64,000 bases of DNA from Mesotaenium endlicherianum (lineage: Eukaryota), in NCBI GenBank assembly GCA_009602735.1, contig WELA01003469.1, forward strand, positions 18,166 to 82,165. The letters run 5' to 3'. A program made the translations under genes and the position numbers. Shown here piece by piece: positions 63,645 to 64,000 of the stretch (position 1 is its first letter; each line of letters starts with the position of its first letter). The notes below the pieces were generated by a model, which saw only the letters and a program-made list of their open reading frames with translations, was not told the DNA's origin and made no database searches.

Positions 63645-64000
63645 TGTAATGAATCAGTATATTAGTAGATATAATATTCATTTAGATGTAATAGTAAATT
63701 AAGTTCAACCTGCTGAACTTTAGTTAAATTATCAGTTTGCTGGACTTTATATTTAATAACAGTTTAATGACTCAGACGGATGCAGCAGGCTGAAGTCAAC
63801 TTAAGTCAGCTTGCTGACACATTCTTTGACAGCGAGCTGACTTCCGTACTCGGTAGCAGCGAACTGCCTCATATGCATTTAAGTGTGGTAGGCTAGATGA
63901 ATGGCCAGATGACATCCCTATGATGGATGGCCATTCGGGATGATGGGAGATGGCGGTGGATTTGGTTAATCGAGGTCCTACCAACGTGGTTAACTCCCGG
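63645..64000 (+). mobile_element. Family-A LTR inserted in ORF3, running off the window
   Basis: TGTAATGAATCAG starts at 63645 and interrupts YTVVGG. Confidence 0.92.

Overview
Eukaryotic genomic DNA, most likely a streptophyte alga or non-seed plant (plant-type MDC1-like gene, chromoviruses with tRNA-iMet PBS, algal-type retrotransposon DNA methyltransferase). Two convergent host genes form an island at about 28.5-42.4 kb: a spliced BCP3/BCP4 (MDC1-like) tandem-BRCT gene and an intronless plant-specific gene with PAS-like repeats. Nested transposon debris flanks the island on both sides. The dominant element is one Ty3/Gypsy chromovirus family ('family A'), with an intact TSD-flanked copy at 50425-59376 and many nested, deleted or solo-LTR copies. 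The intact copy appears to use a retrovirus-like three-ORF strategy. First, gag-pol is joined by a U_UUA_AAA -1 slippery site with a predicted multi-stem pseudoknot. Second, a 558-aa non-env ORF3 sits directly behind a conserved branch point and splice acceptor, is flanked by duplicated PPTs, and diverges much faster than gag/pol. A separate degenerate retroelement carries an aspartic protease followed by a C5 cytosine methyltransferase fragment. The 5171-bp tandem duplication around the single N at 19399 is almost certainly an assembly artefact. All calls were made by eye; no searches were run.
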